This document shows, one piece after another, positions 19,289 to 29,504 of a stretch of 48,523 bases of DNA. Location: the NCBI GenBank assembly GCA_033762295.1, contig JANRLW010000107.1, positions 1 through 48,523 of the forward strand, given 5' to 3'. Numbering within the stretch: position 1 is the first letter of the stretch; each line of letters opens with the position of its first letter. This stretch comes from Capsulimonadales bacterium. GTDB lineage: Bacteria; Armatimonadota; Armatimonadia; Armatimonadales; Armatimonadaceae. Under the pieces are notes generated by a model, which saw only the letters and a list, made by a program, of their open reading frames with translations, was not told the origin of the DNA and searched no databases. The position numbers were made by a program, and so were the translations under genes.

Positions 19289-20437
19289 ATGCCCGCCGAA
19301 CCGAACCATCCGATCGACGCCACACGCCTCCTCGACACTTTTCTCACGCTCTGTCGTTTCGACACGCCGTCGCGCCGGGAGAAACCCGCCGCGGAATGGA
19401 CCGCCGCGTACCTGCGCGACCTGGGTTTCGAGGTCGAATTCGACGATGCCGGGGAGAAGGTCGGCGGCACCGTCGGCAACCTGATCGCCTTCAAGCAGGG
19501 GACGGTCCCGGACGCCCCCCCGATCTTCTTCTCCGCCCACTTCGATACGGTGGAGCCGACGCCCGGCCTGGAAATCGTCGTGGAGGGAGATGTCATTCGC
19601 GCGACCTCGGACACGATCCTCGGCGCGGACGACAAATGCGGTATGGCTCCGATTCTGGAGGCGATGTCGGTTCTGGAGGCGACCGGTGAAGCCCACGGCG
19701 ACATCCAGTTGCTCCTCACCATTTGCGAGGAGATCGGGCTGGTCGGGGCGAAGCGGCTCGACCCGCAACGGATCAGGGGCCGGTACGGCTTCGTTCTGGA
19801 TTCCGGCCCGCCCGTCGGCGCACTGACCGTCTCGGCTCCTTACCAGAACTCGATCCGGGTGCGAATCGAGGGCGTTCCCGCGCACGCCGGGGCGTCGCCG
19901 GAGAAGGGCGTCTCCGCGATCCTGGCCGCCGCCCGCGCCATCGCCGTCATGACGCAGGGGCGCATCGACGACGACACGACCGCCAACATCGGGACGATTC
20001 AGGGCGGGTCGGCGCGTAATATCGTTCCGGCCGAAGTGGTCCTTGTCGGTGAGGCCCGCAGCCGGGTAAAGTCCAAACTCGATGCCCAGACGGCCCACAT
20101 GAAAGAGGTCTTCGAACGGGAGGCCGCCGCCCTCGGCGCGGTGGCTCATGTCGAGATCATCGGGGAGTATCAGGGATATCATCTTCAGGAGTCGGACCCG
20201 GTGTTGCGGATCGCGATGACCGCCGCGCGCGCCTGCGGACTGGAACCGAGTCTGCGCCCGACCGGCGGCGGTTCCGACGGCAATATCTTCAACGGGTACG
20301 GCTTCCCCTCGACCGTCCTGGGCTGCGGAATGCAAAAGATCCATACCCATGACGAGTTCTGTACCCTGTCGGACATGATTCTGGACGCCGCCTGGGTCCT
20401 GGAGATCGTCCGCGCCGCCCGCGATTTTCGGGAGTAA
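19289..20437 (+). CDS. M20/M25/M40 metallopeptidase (peptidase T-like)
   Basis: AHFDTV, GADDK, EEIG, GGGSD, IHTHDE. Confidence 0.92.
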   Translation: MPAEPNHPIDATRLLDTFLTLCRFDTPSRREKPAAEWTAAYLRDLGFEVEFDDAGEKVGGTVGNLIAFKQGTVPDAPPIFFSAHFDTVEPTPGLEIVVEGDVIRATSDTILGADDKCGMAPILEAMSVLEATGEAHGDIQLLLTICEEIGLVGAKRLDPQRIRGRYGFVLDSGPPVGALTVSAPYQNSIRVRIEGVPAHAGASPEKGVSAILAAARAIAVMTQGRIDDDTTANIGTIQGGSARNIVPAEVVLVGEARSRVKSKLDAQTAHMKEVFEREAAALGAVAHVEIIGEYQGYHLQESDPVLRIAMTAARACGLEPSLRPTGGGSDGNIFNGYGFPSTVLGCGMQKIHTHDEFCTLSDMILDAAWVLEIVRAARDFRE

Positions 20438-20442
20438 CGATC

Positions 20443-20916
20443 ATGCCATTGTACACGCCGGAGGATGCCGGATTCGAGGAGATTGCCGAACGCCATCTCT
20501 GGTTTGCCAATGTTCTCGCCTTCGAGTACGGCGAGGCGGTCGCGGACGACGCGACGGTTCCGGACGCGTTGAACTGGATACGCCTACTGCCGGTCGATCT
20601 CCAGCTGGGACTGGACGAGGCGGACTGCAGTCTGGCGTATGTCGGGGAGAACGGTTACGTCGGCACCATCTGGGATGTGACCGGACCGGACGATCTGCCG
20701 TGGGCGGTTTTTCTGGCCGACGATCTGGGGCCGCGCCTTCTGACCGAGTTCAGCCTGCTGACGGAGGAGGCGACCGACGATGCGTTGCAGACGGTTTTGC
20801 AGGCGGCGGCGGAAACGATTCCGGCCCGGCTTCTGGCCGGGGAGTATGACCGCCACGGAGAGCCGGTACCCATCCCCGAGTTTCTGCGCTCCCCCCTCCC
20901 CGATGAGGAACCGTGA
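20443..20916 (+). CDS. Hypothetical acidic protein
   Basis: Fills operon gap with host-like codon usage; GGAG RBS. Confidence 0.7.
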   Translation: MPLYTPEDAGFEEIAERHLWFANVLAFEYGEAVADDATVPDALNWIRLLPVDLQLGLDEADCSLAYVGENGYVGTIWDVTGPDDLPWAVFLADDLGPRLLTEFSLLTEEATDDALQTVLQAAAETIPARLLAGEYDRHGEPVPIPEFLRSPLPDEEP

Positions 20917-20940
20917 AGGACAAACAATGAAGGACGAACA

Positions 20941-21495
20941 GTGATGCCATCGGACATGACGGAAACGGTACTCGCTTCCGAACGGATTTATGAAGGTCGG
21001 ATCATTCGCGTTCGGCGAGATACGGTCCGCCTGCCCAACGGCCAGGAGAGCCGGCGCGAGGTGGTGGAACATAGCGGCGCGGTTGCGGTGCTGGCGATGT
21101 CCGATCCGCAGACCGTTCTGCTGGTGCGTCAGTTTCGCCTGCCCACCGGCGGGCAACTCCTGGAAGTCGTCGCCGGGGGTGTCGAGGCGGGCGAGGCGAT
21201 CGAGGAGTGCGCCCGCCGCGAACTGCAGGAGGAGATCGGCAAACAGGCCGGAACCCTGATCCCGCTCTATTCGGCGTATGTCGCGCCCGGCTACTGCACG
21301 GAGATGATCTACGGGTTCCTCGCGCTGGAACTGTCGGACTCCCGCCTGACCCACGATGAGGACGAGTTCGTCGAGACGGTCGAGATGTCGCTGGACGCGG
21401 CCCTGACGGCGATCGAGTCGGGCGACATCCGGGACGCCAAGACCATCGCCTGTCTCACGATGGCCGAACGCTGGCTCCGGAATCACGTTCTTTGA
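20941..21495 (+). CDS. NUDIX hydrolase (ADP-ribose pyrophosphatase-like)
   Basis: Nudix box GGVEAGEAIEECARRELQEEIG; REVVEH; DAKT. Confidence 0.92.
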   Translation: MMPSDMTETVLASERIYEGRIIRVRRDTVRLPNGQESRREVVEHSGAVAVLAMSDPQTVLLVRQFRLPTGGQLLEVVAGGVEAGEAIEECARRELQEEIGKQAGTLIPLYSAYVAPGYCTEMIYGFLALELSDSRLTHDEDEFVETVEMSLDAALTAIESGDIRDAKTIACLTMAERWLRNHVL

Positions 21496-21535
21496 CCCAA
21501 CCCCTCCGACCGATCATCCTTACGGAAACGCTCCC

Positions 21536-23245
21536 ATGACCAACCACGAGATTGCCCGACGCTTTCAGCAGATCGCCGATATTCTGGAGATTCAGGGGGA
21601 GAACCCGTTCAAGGTCCGCGCCTATCGCAAGGCGGTGGAGACGATCGAGGATCTGGACGATTCCCTGGCCGATATCGCCGCCCGCAACGGTCTCGGGGAC
21701 CTGCCCGGCTTCGGCGAAGCGATCATATCGAAGACGCAGGACTTCCTCGACACCGGCACGACCGCCCTCTGGGACCGGATCAAGGACAGCGTCCCGAGCG
21801 GCGTCGTCGCCATGGCGTCCCTGCCCGGGATCGGACCGAAGACGGCGAAGGCGCTCTGGGACGCTCTCTCGGTCACGAGTATCGACGAACTGGAAAAGGC
21901 CGCGCGGGAGGAGCGTATCCGGACCGTGGCGGGGTTCGGCCCGGCCAAAGAGCGCAATATCCTGGAAGCGATCGAGCGCGGACGGCGTTTGCGCGAGCGG
22001 TTACCGCTGTATGTTGTCCTTCCGTACGCCGAGCGGATGGTCGCCGCGCTCCGCGGTCGCCCCGAGGTGACGCAGGCATCGGTCGCCGGATCGCTTCGGC
22101 GGCGCAAGGAGACGGTCGGCGATATCGATCTGGTGGCGGCCACGACCGATCCGACGGCGGCGGCGACCGCGTTCGCCACCCTCCCCGGCATCGTCGAGGT
22201 GACGGAACGCGGCACGGAGAAGGTCACCGGCCTGTCCGACCTGGGCCTGCGCGTCGATCTCCGGCTGAGCCGCCCGGAGGATTACGGCGCGTTGCTGCAT
22301 CATTTCACGTCCGGACGCGAGCACAATCGGGAGTTGCGCCTCCGCGCCGAGCGGCAGGGTCTCAAGGTCAACGAATTCGGCATCTTCCGCACTTCCGACG
22401 ATGTCGAGGTGTTCACCGGCGCGGACGAAAACGAGGTCTACGTCGCCCTCGGCCTGCAAGCGGTCCCTCCCGAGCTACGCGACCGGAACGACGCGATCGA
22501 ACTCGCCGAGAAACACGCGCTGCCCGTACTGATTACCGAGGCCGATTTTCGAGGACAACTGCATGAACACTCGAACTATTCGGACGGGTCGGCGACCGTC
22601 CGCCAGATGGCGGAGGCGGCGATGGCGCGGGGTTACGAGTACCTGGCGATCACCGATCATTCCGCCAGCCTTCGGATCGCCAACGGAATGACGCGCGACC
22701 GACACCTGCGTCAGCTGGACGAAATCGCCGCGCTGAACGAAGAGTACGCCGGACGCTTCACTCTCCTGACCGGAATCGAGGCCGATATCCTGGCGGACGG
22801 CTCGCTCGACTGCGACGACGATATTCTGGAACGGCTCGATGTGGTGGTCGGGTCGGTCCATATCCGGTTCAAGGAGGACGAAGCGGCGATGACGAGACGT
22901 ATCGTCACCGCCCTCAGCCATCCCCGCCTTCGGATACTGGGCCATCCGACCGGTCGCCTCCTCGGTCGGCGGGAGCCGTATCCGGTCGATATCGATGCCG
23001 TGATCGAGGCCGCGCGCACACATGGCAAGGTGCTGGAGATCAACGCGTCCCCGGATCGCATGGATCTGAACGACGTCTACGCCCGCAAAGCGAAGGAGCG
23101 TGGCGTGAAAATCACCGTCAACGCCGACGCGCACTCTCCGGCCGGTCTTGGCCTTCTCGCCTGGGGGCTATTCATGGCGCGACGGGCCGGGCTTACCGCC
23201 GACGACGTTATCAATACCTATCCTCTCGAACGCCTCCGTGCCTGA
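21536..23245 (+). CDS. polX: DNA polymerase X with PHP domain
   Basis: NPFKVRAY, GSLRR..ETVGDIDL, PPELR; PHP motifs HEHSNYSDG, ITDHS, GHPTGR, NADAH. Confidence 0.95.
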   Translation: MTNHEIARRFQQIADILEIQGENPFKVRAYRKAVETIEDLDDSLADIAARNGLGDLPGFGEAIISKTQDFLDTGTTALWDRIKDSVPSGVVAMASLPGIGPKTAKALWDALSVTSIDELEKAAREERIRTVAGFGPAKERNILEAIERGRRLRERLPLYVVLPYAERMVAALRGRPEVTQASVAGSLRRRKETVGDIDLVAATTDPTAAATAFATLPGIVEVTERGTEKVTGLSDLGLRVDLRLSRPEDYGALLHHFTSGREHNRELRLRAERQGLKVNEFGIFRTSDDVEVFTGADENEVYVALGLQAVPPELRDRNDAIELAEKHALPVLITEADFRGQLHEHSNYSDGSATVRQMAEAAMARGYEYLAITDHSASLRIANGMTRDRHLRQLDEIAALNEEYAGRFTLLTGIEADILADGSLDCDDDILERLDVVVGSVHIRFKEDEAAMTRRIVTALSHPRLRILGHPTGRLLGRREPYPVDIDAVIEAARTHGKVLEINASPDRMDLNDVYARKAKERGVKITVNADAHSPAGLGLLAWGLFMARRAGLTADDVINTYPLERLRA

Positions 23246-23316
23246 ACGCCCCGGACTCGCCGGTCCGTATCACGCGATACGGACCGACAAAGGCGAGGGT
23301 CGAATTCCGCCCCTCC

Positions 23317-25503
23317 TCAATCGCCGCTGAGCAAAGGCAGTATGCTGGAGTATTGATCCGTCCAGAGAATCGGTTTGCGGAGCGGCGGGGGCGTCCAGCG
23401 AACATCGGTTGCCAGAGGTCCCAGATCCTCCGGTCGCTCCGCCAGAACGGCCCATCGTGCCGTCGTCTGGCTGTCGTTCGTCTCCACACGTGAGTCCGCC
23501 TCTTCCTCGTGAATACGGCAGAACCATCCGGCATCCCGGGCCAGGGTCTGCACCACCGGCGCCAGATTGAAATGGGCGCTGGAGATGTGGAGCGCGATGA
23601 GGCCGCCGGGGCGCAGGCGTCGATGATAGAGTTGCAACGCTTCCCGGGTTAGCAGGTGAACGGGTATCGCATCGGAACTGTAGGCATCCAGGATCAGGAG
23701 GTCGTAGGTATCCGTGGTCGCCGCCAGCGTCAGACGCGCATCGCCCATTCGTATCCGAATCTGTGCCGGAGAATCGTGGAGAAAGGTAAAGAACCGGGTA
23801 TCGTTGGCGATCTTCGTGACGACCGGATCGATTTCATAGCAGGTCCAGGTCTGCCCGGCCTGTCCGTAGGCGGCCAGCGTGCCCGCACCCAGACCGACCA
23901 CCGCGACCTGTAGCCTGGCGGCATCAGGTCGCCGCATTCGGAACGCGAGAATCTCCCCGATCGGCGCTTTTCGGGCGTAGTAGAGAGTGGGATGAGTCCG
24001 CCGCGCCGCATCATGGTACTGGATGCCATGGAGCACATTGCCATGGTAGAGGCGGGTCGTACCTGCGGTCGTGTCGGTGGCGACACGATTTACCCCGAAG
24101 AAACTGCGTTCGGTATGGACGATAGAGTTTTGCTCTCCCGGTATCCTCATCCCTGCCAGCAGAACGGCTGCCAGAGACAGACCGAAACGCAGCGGATGTG
24201 CGGACGAAAAATAGCAGAGCAGTACCGGCAGGCCGAAAATCAGCGCCAGCGCCGACTGTCCCTGCAGTCCTGCCGCCGCCGTCAGCATGCCGGAGACGAT
24301 GGTCAACGCGCCAACCGCCAGAGGGACCAGCACATCCGGAAGAACCCGTCGTTTGTCCGGCGGACCGGAACGCGGGAGAAAGAAGCAGACGGAAACCAGG
24401 GTAAGGGGGTACTCAATCACGGTGGAAAACAACAGGGGCGCGAGCAGACCGTTGAACGCACCGCCCAGCACCCCGCCCAGCGAAATCCACAGATAAAATG
24501 CGGTCAGATGGGAGGAGGAGGGTCTGTCCGCGGCAAGCTGGCTATGACATACCATGGCGGCCAGGAAGAAGGTGGTGAGATGCAGCACGATCAACAGGGG
24601 CAACGGCTGTGAAGCGTGTGTGGATAGCACCAGGGTCAAGGCGACGGCGGCGATCGGGAAGGCGCGTCGTAGCCAGGGGAGCGGTAAGGGCGGACGGGCG
24701 GAAAAGGCGAAAACGAACGTCAACAGGAACAGCGCCAGCGGCATGACCCAGAGCAGGGGTAGCGCGGCGACATCGGTGGAAATGTAGGTGGTGACGCCGC
24801 TCATCAGGCTTGTCGGGAAAAAGGCAAGTGCGATCCAGCGCAAAATTCGCTGCGGTGGGATGCTCCTCTCGCTTCCTTCCGCGTTCGACACCTCGTTCGT
24901 GTCCGTTTCCGCAGAACGTATCCGCAACAGGGCGCAAAGGACGGTCAGCGCCACCAGGAAGCCGTAGCCAACCGCCCATAACCGGCTCTGCAGGCGTACG
25001 GGGAGCATCGGCTCGATGAGAAACGGATAGGCGAGGAGGGAAAGCAGACTTCCCGTATTACTGGCCGCATAAAGGAAATAGGGATCGGCCGCGTTCGGAT
25101 GACGCGTTGTCCCAAACCACTTCTGGAGAAGCGGACTGCCCGCGGAGACGACAAAGAAAGGTATGCCCACCGAGACGAACATCATGCCGAGAAGAGCCGG
25201 TATCGGACTGCTGTCGGTCGGCGGCTGCCAGTTATTTCGGATGCCGATGGGTAGTGTCAGAAAGACGGTCGCCATCAGAACAAGATGCACCCACGGCTGT
25301 CGGCGCATGCCGAAGAGACGTGTCGAGAGATGCGCCCAGCCATACCCCAATAGCAGCATCGCCTGGTAGAAAACGAGGGCCGTATTCCATACCGCCGGAG
25401 CCCCGCCCAGCAAAGGAAGGGCCATGCGAGCAAAGAGCGGCTGTACCAGAAAGAGCAACAGCGCGTTCACAAAGATGGTCAGGGTAAAAGTGAGTTGCAA
25501 CAT
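23317..25503 (-). CDS. Fused membrane/spermidine synthase-like protein
   Basis: LLFLVQP, GGAPAVW, PYFLYAASNTGS, GLGAGTLAAY, DAYSSDAIPVHLLTREA, WTDQYS. Confidence 0.9.
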   Translation of the reverse strand: MLQLTFTLTIFVNALLLFLVQPLFARMALPLLGGAPAVWNTALVFYQAMLLLGYGWAHLSTRLFGMRRQPWVHLVLMATVFLTLPIGIRNNWQPPTDSSPIPALLGMMFVSVGIPFFVVSAGSPLLQKWFGTTRHPNAADPYFLYAASNTGSLLSLLAYPFLIEPMLPVRLQSRLWAVGYGFLVALTVLCALLRIRSAETDTNEVSNAEGSERSIPPQRILRWIALAFFPTSLMSGVTTYISTDVAALPLLWVMPLALFLLTFVFAFSARPPLPLPWLRRAFPIAAVALTLVLSTHASQPLPLLIVLHLTTFFLAAMVCHSQLAADRPSSSHLTAFYLWISLGGVLGGAFNGLLAPLLFSTVIEYPLTLVSVCFFLPRSGPPDKRRVLPDVLVPLAVGALTIVSGMLTAAAGLQGQSALALIFGLPVLLCYFSSAHPLRFGLSLAAVLLAGMRIPGEQNSIVHTERSFFGVNRVATDTTAGTTRLYHGNVLHGIQYHDAARRTHPTLYYARKAPIGEILAFRMRRPDAARLQVAVVGLGAGTLAAYGQAGQTWTCYEIDPVVTKIANDTRFFTFLHDSPAQIRIRMGDARLTLAATTDTYDLLILDAYSSDAIPVHLLTREALQLYHRRLRPGGLIALHISSAHFNLAPVVQTLARDAGWFCRIHEEEADSRVETNDSQTTARWAVLAERPEDLGPLATDVRWTPPPLRKPILWTDQYSSILPLLSGD

Positions 25504-25799
25504 CTGAAACCATCCCTATCGTCGGCTTTCGCGACAGTCAAACTTATGCCGAACTTCGCTTACCTGAAAAATTAACGGTGTGTCCTCTTTCCGACCCGTC
25601 CGGCGTGACGCCCCTCCTTTGGCCGTCGTGAAAGCCAAACGGCAACCTTACGACATGGTCAAAAAACCACGGTCCCGGAGCGACGAAGGCTCCGTTGGAG
25701 CGGTACCTCCCTGCCCTGAACCGTCCGAAGAGAAGCCGGGGAGCAACCGGGAATGCCGCCTGCGTGTCCGCCGTGTAGATGACTTCCGAAGGAATAAAG

Positions 25800-26462
25800 A
25801 TGATCTCTCGACTATCCCTGGCAGAGCGGATTCTGCTGCTGACGCTGAACGAGCGATCCGGGCAGATCGACGGAGCCTACACGCCGTTACTGCTGGCAGC
25901 GGCGAATGTGGCGGAACTGGCGGCGCAGGGCCGTGTTCGTGTCGACGAAACGACGGTTTTCCTGCTCGACTCGCAACCGACCGAGGACCCTGCCGCGAAC
26001 CTGATCCTGGCCGGATTCGGCAAACGACGCACGGTGACGAATGTGCTTTCCCTGCTTCCGCACGGCCGGGACCGGAAACGCTGGGAGTCGCTGCTGACCT
26101 CGGGCCTCGTCGTTCGCGGTGTCTGGGCGTCGGAAACCGAACGCCGATTCTTCTCCGAACGGACCGTTTACGCGACCATCGATCCGGAGTATGCGAACGG
26201 GGTCCGGGCGGACCTTCAAAAAACACTGGAGTCCCGCCAATCGATCCCCGAACCGTCGGCGGTTCTGATCGCCCTTTTGAACGCCACCCGGCGAACGGAC
26301 CTGTTTCTGACACCGAAGGAGAGCCGGTTCTTCGCCGACCGGATCGGCGCGATCGTGAGCGGTTCCCCGCTCGCCTTTGCCCTGAGCCGACAGATCGAGG
26401 CCGTGATCGCCAGTGACGATGCCGCGGCCACCGCCGCCGTGACGGCGGCGATTTCCGGCTGA
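25800..26462 (+). CDS. GPP34/GOLPH3-family protein
   Basis: LSLAERILLLTLNERSG, AELAAQGRV, C-terminal AAATAAVTAA. Confidence 0.75.
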   Translation: MISRLSLAERILLLTLNERSGQIDGAYTPLLLAAANVAELAAQGRVRVDETTVFLLDSQPTEDPAANLILAGFGKRRTVTNVLSLLPHGRDRKRWESLLTSGLVVRGVWASETERRFFSERTVYATIDPEYANGVRADLQKTLESRQSIPEPSAVLIALLNATRRTDLFLTPKESRFFADRIGAIVSGSPLAFALSRQIEAVIASDDAAATAAVTAAISG

Positions 26463-26549
26463 CATTCTTTCGGGCGCTCCGGAACGTTTGCCCGGCGGCC
26501 ATTCGTACCTCCGACAGCATATTCAGAGCATATTCAGGCAGGGGAACGA

Positions 26550-26750
26550 ATGCATCCATCGATTGCGATGATCCTGATCGCCGCCGCCTTCGGCGGGGTC
26601 ACCTATATCACGGAGCGGACGGAGCGAAGGGCGCACTCCTGTCCGGTCCACAACCGGGCGGCGGGAAAGGCGGCGCGTCTTCTCGGCGTTCTGTGCGGTT
26701 TCGTCGCCGCCGGTCTGCTGTTCGCCGCCTATCTCTTCCGCGATCTTTGA
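26550..26750 (+). CDS. Small two-TM hypothetical protein
   Basis: Two hydrophobic helices; AGGGG RBS. Confidence 0.55.
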   Translation: MHPSIAMILIAAAFGGVTYITERTERRAHSCPVHNRAAGKAARLLGVLCGFVAAGLLFAAYLFRDL

Positions 26751-26782
26751 GTTCCGGCGATCGGACGACCCTCGGACGAAAA

Positions 26783-27817
26783 TCAGACGACGATCGGGGA
26801 CGGATCGAAGAGTACGGGCGGATCGGTGGAGCGGACCGGATCGGTGGAGCGGACCGGATCGCGCAGACGCTGATTGGCGTCCCGCCAGGCGGCGATCAGG
26901 CCGCGGGCAGGGTCGCGCGTCACGACGGAAACCACGGCGCGGATCCGCCATTCGCGGAACGCCCCTTCGATACGGCGGCGAAGTTCCTCCGACGCCGTCG
27001 GTCCGGTGTCGATGCCCAGAACGCAAAAATCGACGCTGCCCACCCGCGCCGCGATATGCGTGGTCAGGGTCGCGGCACGTAACGCCTGCCCGGTGCGTCG
27101 CAGTACGTCCACCTCCGGAATGAACGCCATGCGGGGTAAGGTTCCGTCCTCACCGAGCACCTCGACGGCGATGACGCAGGTCGGGTGGCCGAAACGACGG
27201 CAACGCGCCTCCTCCCGCTCCAATAACTGCTCCCAGCCATACAGGTTGTAGAGGCCGGTCAGGGTATCGCGCAATCCCTCGGCGGATTTGCGTTCCCGCC
27301 GCCGTTCCGGTTCCGCCTCCTTCCAATCGGCCTCCAGGGACGTTCCCAGAAACCGGGCCACCAGTTCGATGAGAGGCAGTTCTCGAACGATACTTGTCGG
27401 CTGCGGATCGGGATCGATCGCGCAGAGCGTGCCGAAAAGCGAACCGTCCGCGCGGAGCAGGGGGACGCCGATATAGGCTCCGACCGTGATCCGCTCCGGG
27501 GTCGGGATGCTTCGGTAGAGGGGATCTTCCGTCACCGCCGGCACGACGCGCGCGCCGTTCTCCGTCACCATACGATAACAGAACGACTGCGTCCAGTCGA
27601 ACGCCAGCCCGGGCGTGAGTTGCCCCGTCCGGTCGACCGTCCGCAACAGAATCTGGGTGTTCTCCTCGACGCGTGTCAGCATCCAGGCATCGAAGCCGAT
27701 TCTGTCCTGCAAAAACGGCAATGCGAACAACGCCGCACTTTCAAAATCGGCGAACGGCAGGTTCTCCCGCATCCGTATGACCCCTTTCCATCGTTGCTCT
27801 GCGGACAGCATCCACAT
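26783..27817 (-). CDS. GAF + degenerate GGDEF protein
   Basis: GAF: SFCYRMV, AYIGVPL..DGSLFGTLCAID. GGDEF-like: DTLTGLYN...ARVGSVDFCVL. Start uncertain (27772-27841). Confidence 0.85.
   Translation of the reverse strand: MWMLSAEQRWKGVIRMRENLPFADFESAALFALPFLQDRIGFDAWMLTRVEENTQILLRTVDRTGQLTPGLAFDWTQSFCYRMVTENGARVVPAVTEDPLYRSIPTPERITVGAYIGVPLLRADGSLFGTLCAIDPDPQPTSIVRELPLIELVARFLGTSLEADWKEAEPERRRERKSAEGLRDTLTGLYNLYGWEQLLEREEARCRRFGHPTCVIAVEVLGEDGTLPRMAFIPEVDVLRRTGQALRAATLTTHIAARVGSVDFCVLGIDTGPTASEELRRRIEGAFREWRIRAVVSVVTRDPARGLIAAWRDANQRLRDPVRSTDPVRSTDPPVLFDPSPIVV
26819..26861. repeat. 18-bp tandem repeat (about 2.4 copies) encoding PVRSTD
   Basis: CGGATCGGTGGAGCGGAC x2 + CGGATCG. Confidence 0.85.
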
Positions 27818-27851
27818 CGATCCTGCCTCCCTCACAATCAAGTGTTAACCA

Positions 27852-27870
27852 TTCTACATCATATGTAGAA
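27852..27870. promoter_or_regulatory. Palindromic operator candidate overlapping a -10 element
   Basis: TTCTACAT-CAT-ATGTAGAA; overlaps TAGAAT on the minus strand. Confidence 0.55.
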
Positions 27871-27957
27871 AAATTTACCAGCACACATGTTTTGCCGCCG
27901 CGATTTCTTTCCCGGTGCGCAAAACTTCACACGGAACGGAGTCGCGCTTCCGCAGGT

Positions 27958-28620
27958 TCAACCGACCGGGGTCGGCGCGACGTACCGGGGAACCAGGGTT
28001 TCGACATCGTCGCTTTCGCCAAGGATCAGGCGGGGAGCGGCGAGTCGGGCGACCGCGTCGGCTCCCGGAAACGCCGGGCGGAAGATGACCCGTCGGTCGG
28101 GCGTGACGGCACGGATCGACGTGGCCGCTTCGCCCAGGAGCAGCAGTTCGCCGTCCCCCAGAGATTGCCGCGCGACCGCCATCAGCGTGTCGTTGGCGTA
28201 CACTGCCGGGGGCAGGACCGGTTCGACGCTGCCTGCCGTGAAAAAGGCGGCGATCGACTCGGTACGCCGGGTCGGTACGGCGGCAACGATCGGATTTCCG
28301 GTCAGGGCCGCAACCGGTTCGACCAGGGCGTTCAGGGAGGAGACGCCGAGGACCGGAATCTCGCGCACCAGGGCAAGCGTTTTCGCCAGCGTCACGCCGA
28401 CGCGCACTCCGGTGAACGATCCCGGTCCCACTCCCACGGCGATCGCCTCCGTCTCCGCCAGCGACACCCCGGCATCACGCAGAACGAAGTCGATCGTCCC
28501 GTTCAGTCGTTCGGACAGACGCCGTTCGTGCCGGAAATGATAGGTAACGAGAACGGTTTCGGACCGGGCGACGGCCACCGAGCAGGAGTCGCCGGACGTA
28601 TCGAGCGCCAGGATCACCAT
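27958..28620 (-). CDS. tsaB: tRNA t6A biosynthesis protein TsaB
   Basis: ILALDTS, VGVGPGSFTGVRVG, LVPRY. Confidence 0.93.
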   Translation of the reverse strand: MVILALDTSGDSCSVAVARSETVLVTYHFRHERRLSERLNGTIDFVLRDAGVSLAETEAIAVGVGPGSFTGVRVGVTLAKTLALVREIPVLGVSSLNALVEPVAALTGNPIVAAVPTRRTESIAAFFTAGSVEPVLPPAVYANDTLMAVARQSLGDGELLLLGEAATSIRAVTPDRRVIFRPAFPGADAVARLAAPRLILGESDDVETLVPRYVAPTPVG

Positions 28621-29072
28621 GGCAGCGTTTCCCCGGCCCGCCAGCGTTCGCCACGCGGCGTGAGCACGATCCGCCGCGCCTCGTCCCGACCGATCAATTC
28701 GATATCGAGGCGTTCGTCGGGCAGCAGCGGTTCGATCCGTTCGGGCCATTCGATGACGGTCACCCCGTCGCCCCGCCCGAGGTACTCTCCGAGCCCGATC
28801 TCCTCCGCCTCCTCCGCGTTGCGCAGTCGGTAGGCGTCGACATGGTAGACCGGGAGGCGTCCGCCCGGATATTCATGGATCAGCGAGAAGGTCGGCGAGG
28901 AGACGAGGGCGGGCGATCCGAGACCGGCAACCAGTCCGCGCGTGAACGTGGTCTTGCCCGCGCCGAGGTCGCCCGACAGGCAGAGCACGTCTCCGGCGGC
29001 CAGCCGTTTCGCCAGTTCGTCGGCGATCCGCACCGTTTCAGCCTCATCCGCGGCCTGTACAAGGACCGTCAA
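28614..29072 (-). CDS. tsaE: tRNA t6A biosynthesis ATPase TsaE
   Basis: GDLGAGKTTF, SSPTF, YHVDAYRL, IEWPE. Confidence 0.95.
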   Translation of the reverse strand: MTVLVQAADEAETVRIADELAKRLAAGDVLCLSGDLGAGKTTFTRGLVAGLGSPALVSSPTFSLIHEYPGGRLPVYHVDAYRLRNAEEAEEIGLGEYLGRGDGVTVIEWPERIEPLLPDERLDIELIGRDEARRIVLTPRGERWRAGETLPW

Positions 29073-29407
29073 TCGTGATCCTCCGGAACCGACGGACGCG
29101 TCGCGGGAAGACTGAGCGGGTGCAGGACGAACAGTCCTCGCCAGTCGCTGATATTTCGGTCGTCGACGATGACCTGCGGTTTGGGCAGGAACGCGCGGAA
29201 GCAGTCGGCGATTTCCAGTTCCTCGGCCACCGAACGCGCGAAATCCGCCCCGTCCTCGCTCCAGCAGTAGAGTTCCGCACCTTCGTCGTGCATCGCTCGA
29301 ACATACTCGACCGTTCCGATCATCGGCGACCGGCCCGGTCCGAGGCTTCGAATCAGCGTATCCTCGACATCGATATAGATCACGCGCTTCGTTTTTTCGG
29401 AAGCCAT
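29069..29407 (-). CDS. Small HAD-like (DUF705-like) protein
   Basis: VIYIDVEDTL, LYCWS, FLPKP.VIVDD. Confidence 0.7.
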   Translation of the reverse strand: MASEKTKRVIYIDVEDTLIRSLGPGRSPMIGTVEYVRAMHDEGAELYCWSEDGADFARSVAEELEIADCFRAFLPKPQVIVDDRNISDWRGLFVLHPLSLPATRPSVPEDHD

Positions 29408-29504
29408 CCTCGTCTCCTTATACCGGTCCGTTTCGCCGATCCGAACGATACGCAGGGCGAAAGCAAAGCCGGGATTTCTTGGGTATAGTATAAGGCGAAA
29501 CAAG

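Noticed and set aside
29408..29504. Glycine riboswitch upstream of gcvT
   Set aside because: The gap is under 100 nt and lacks the aptamer motifs.
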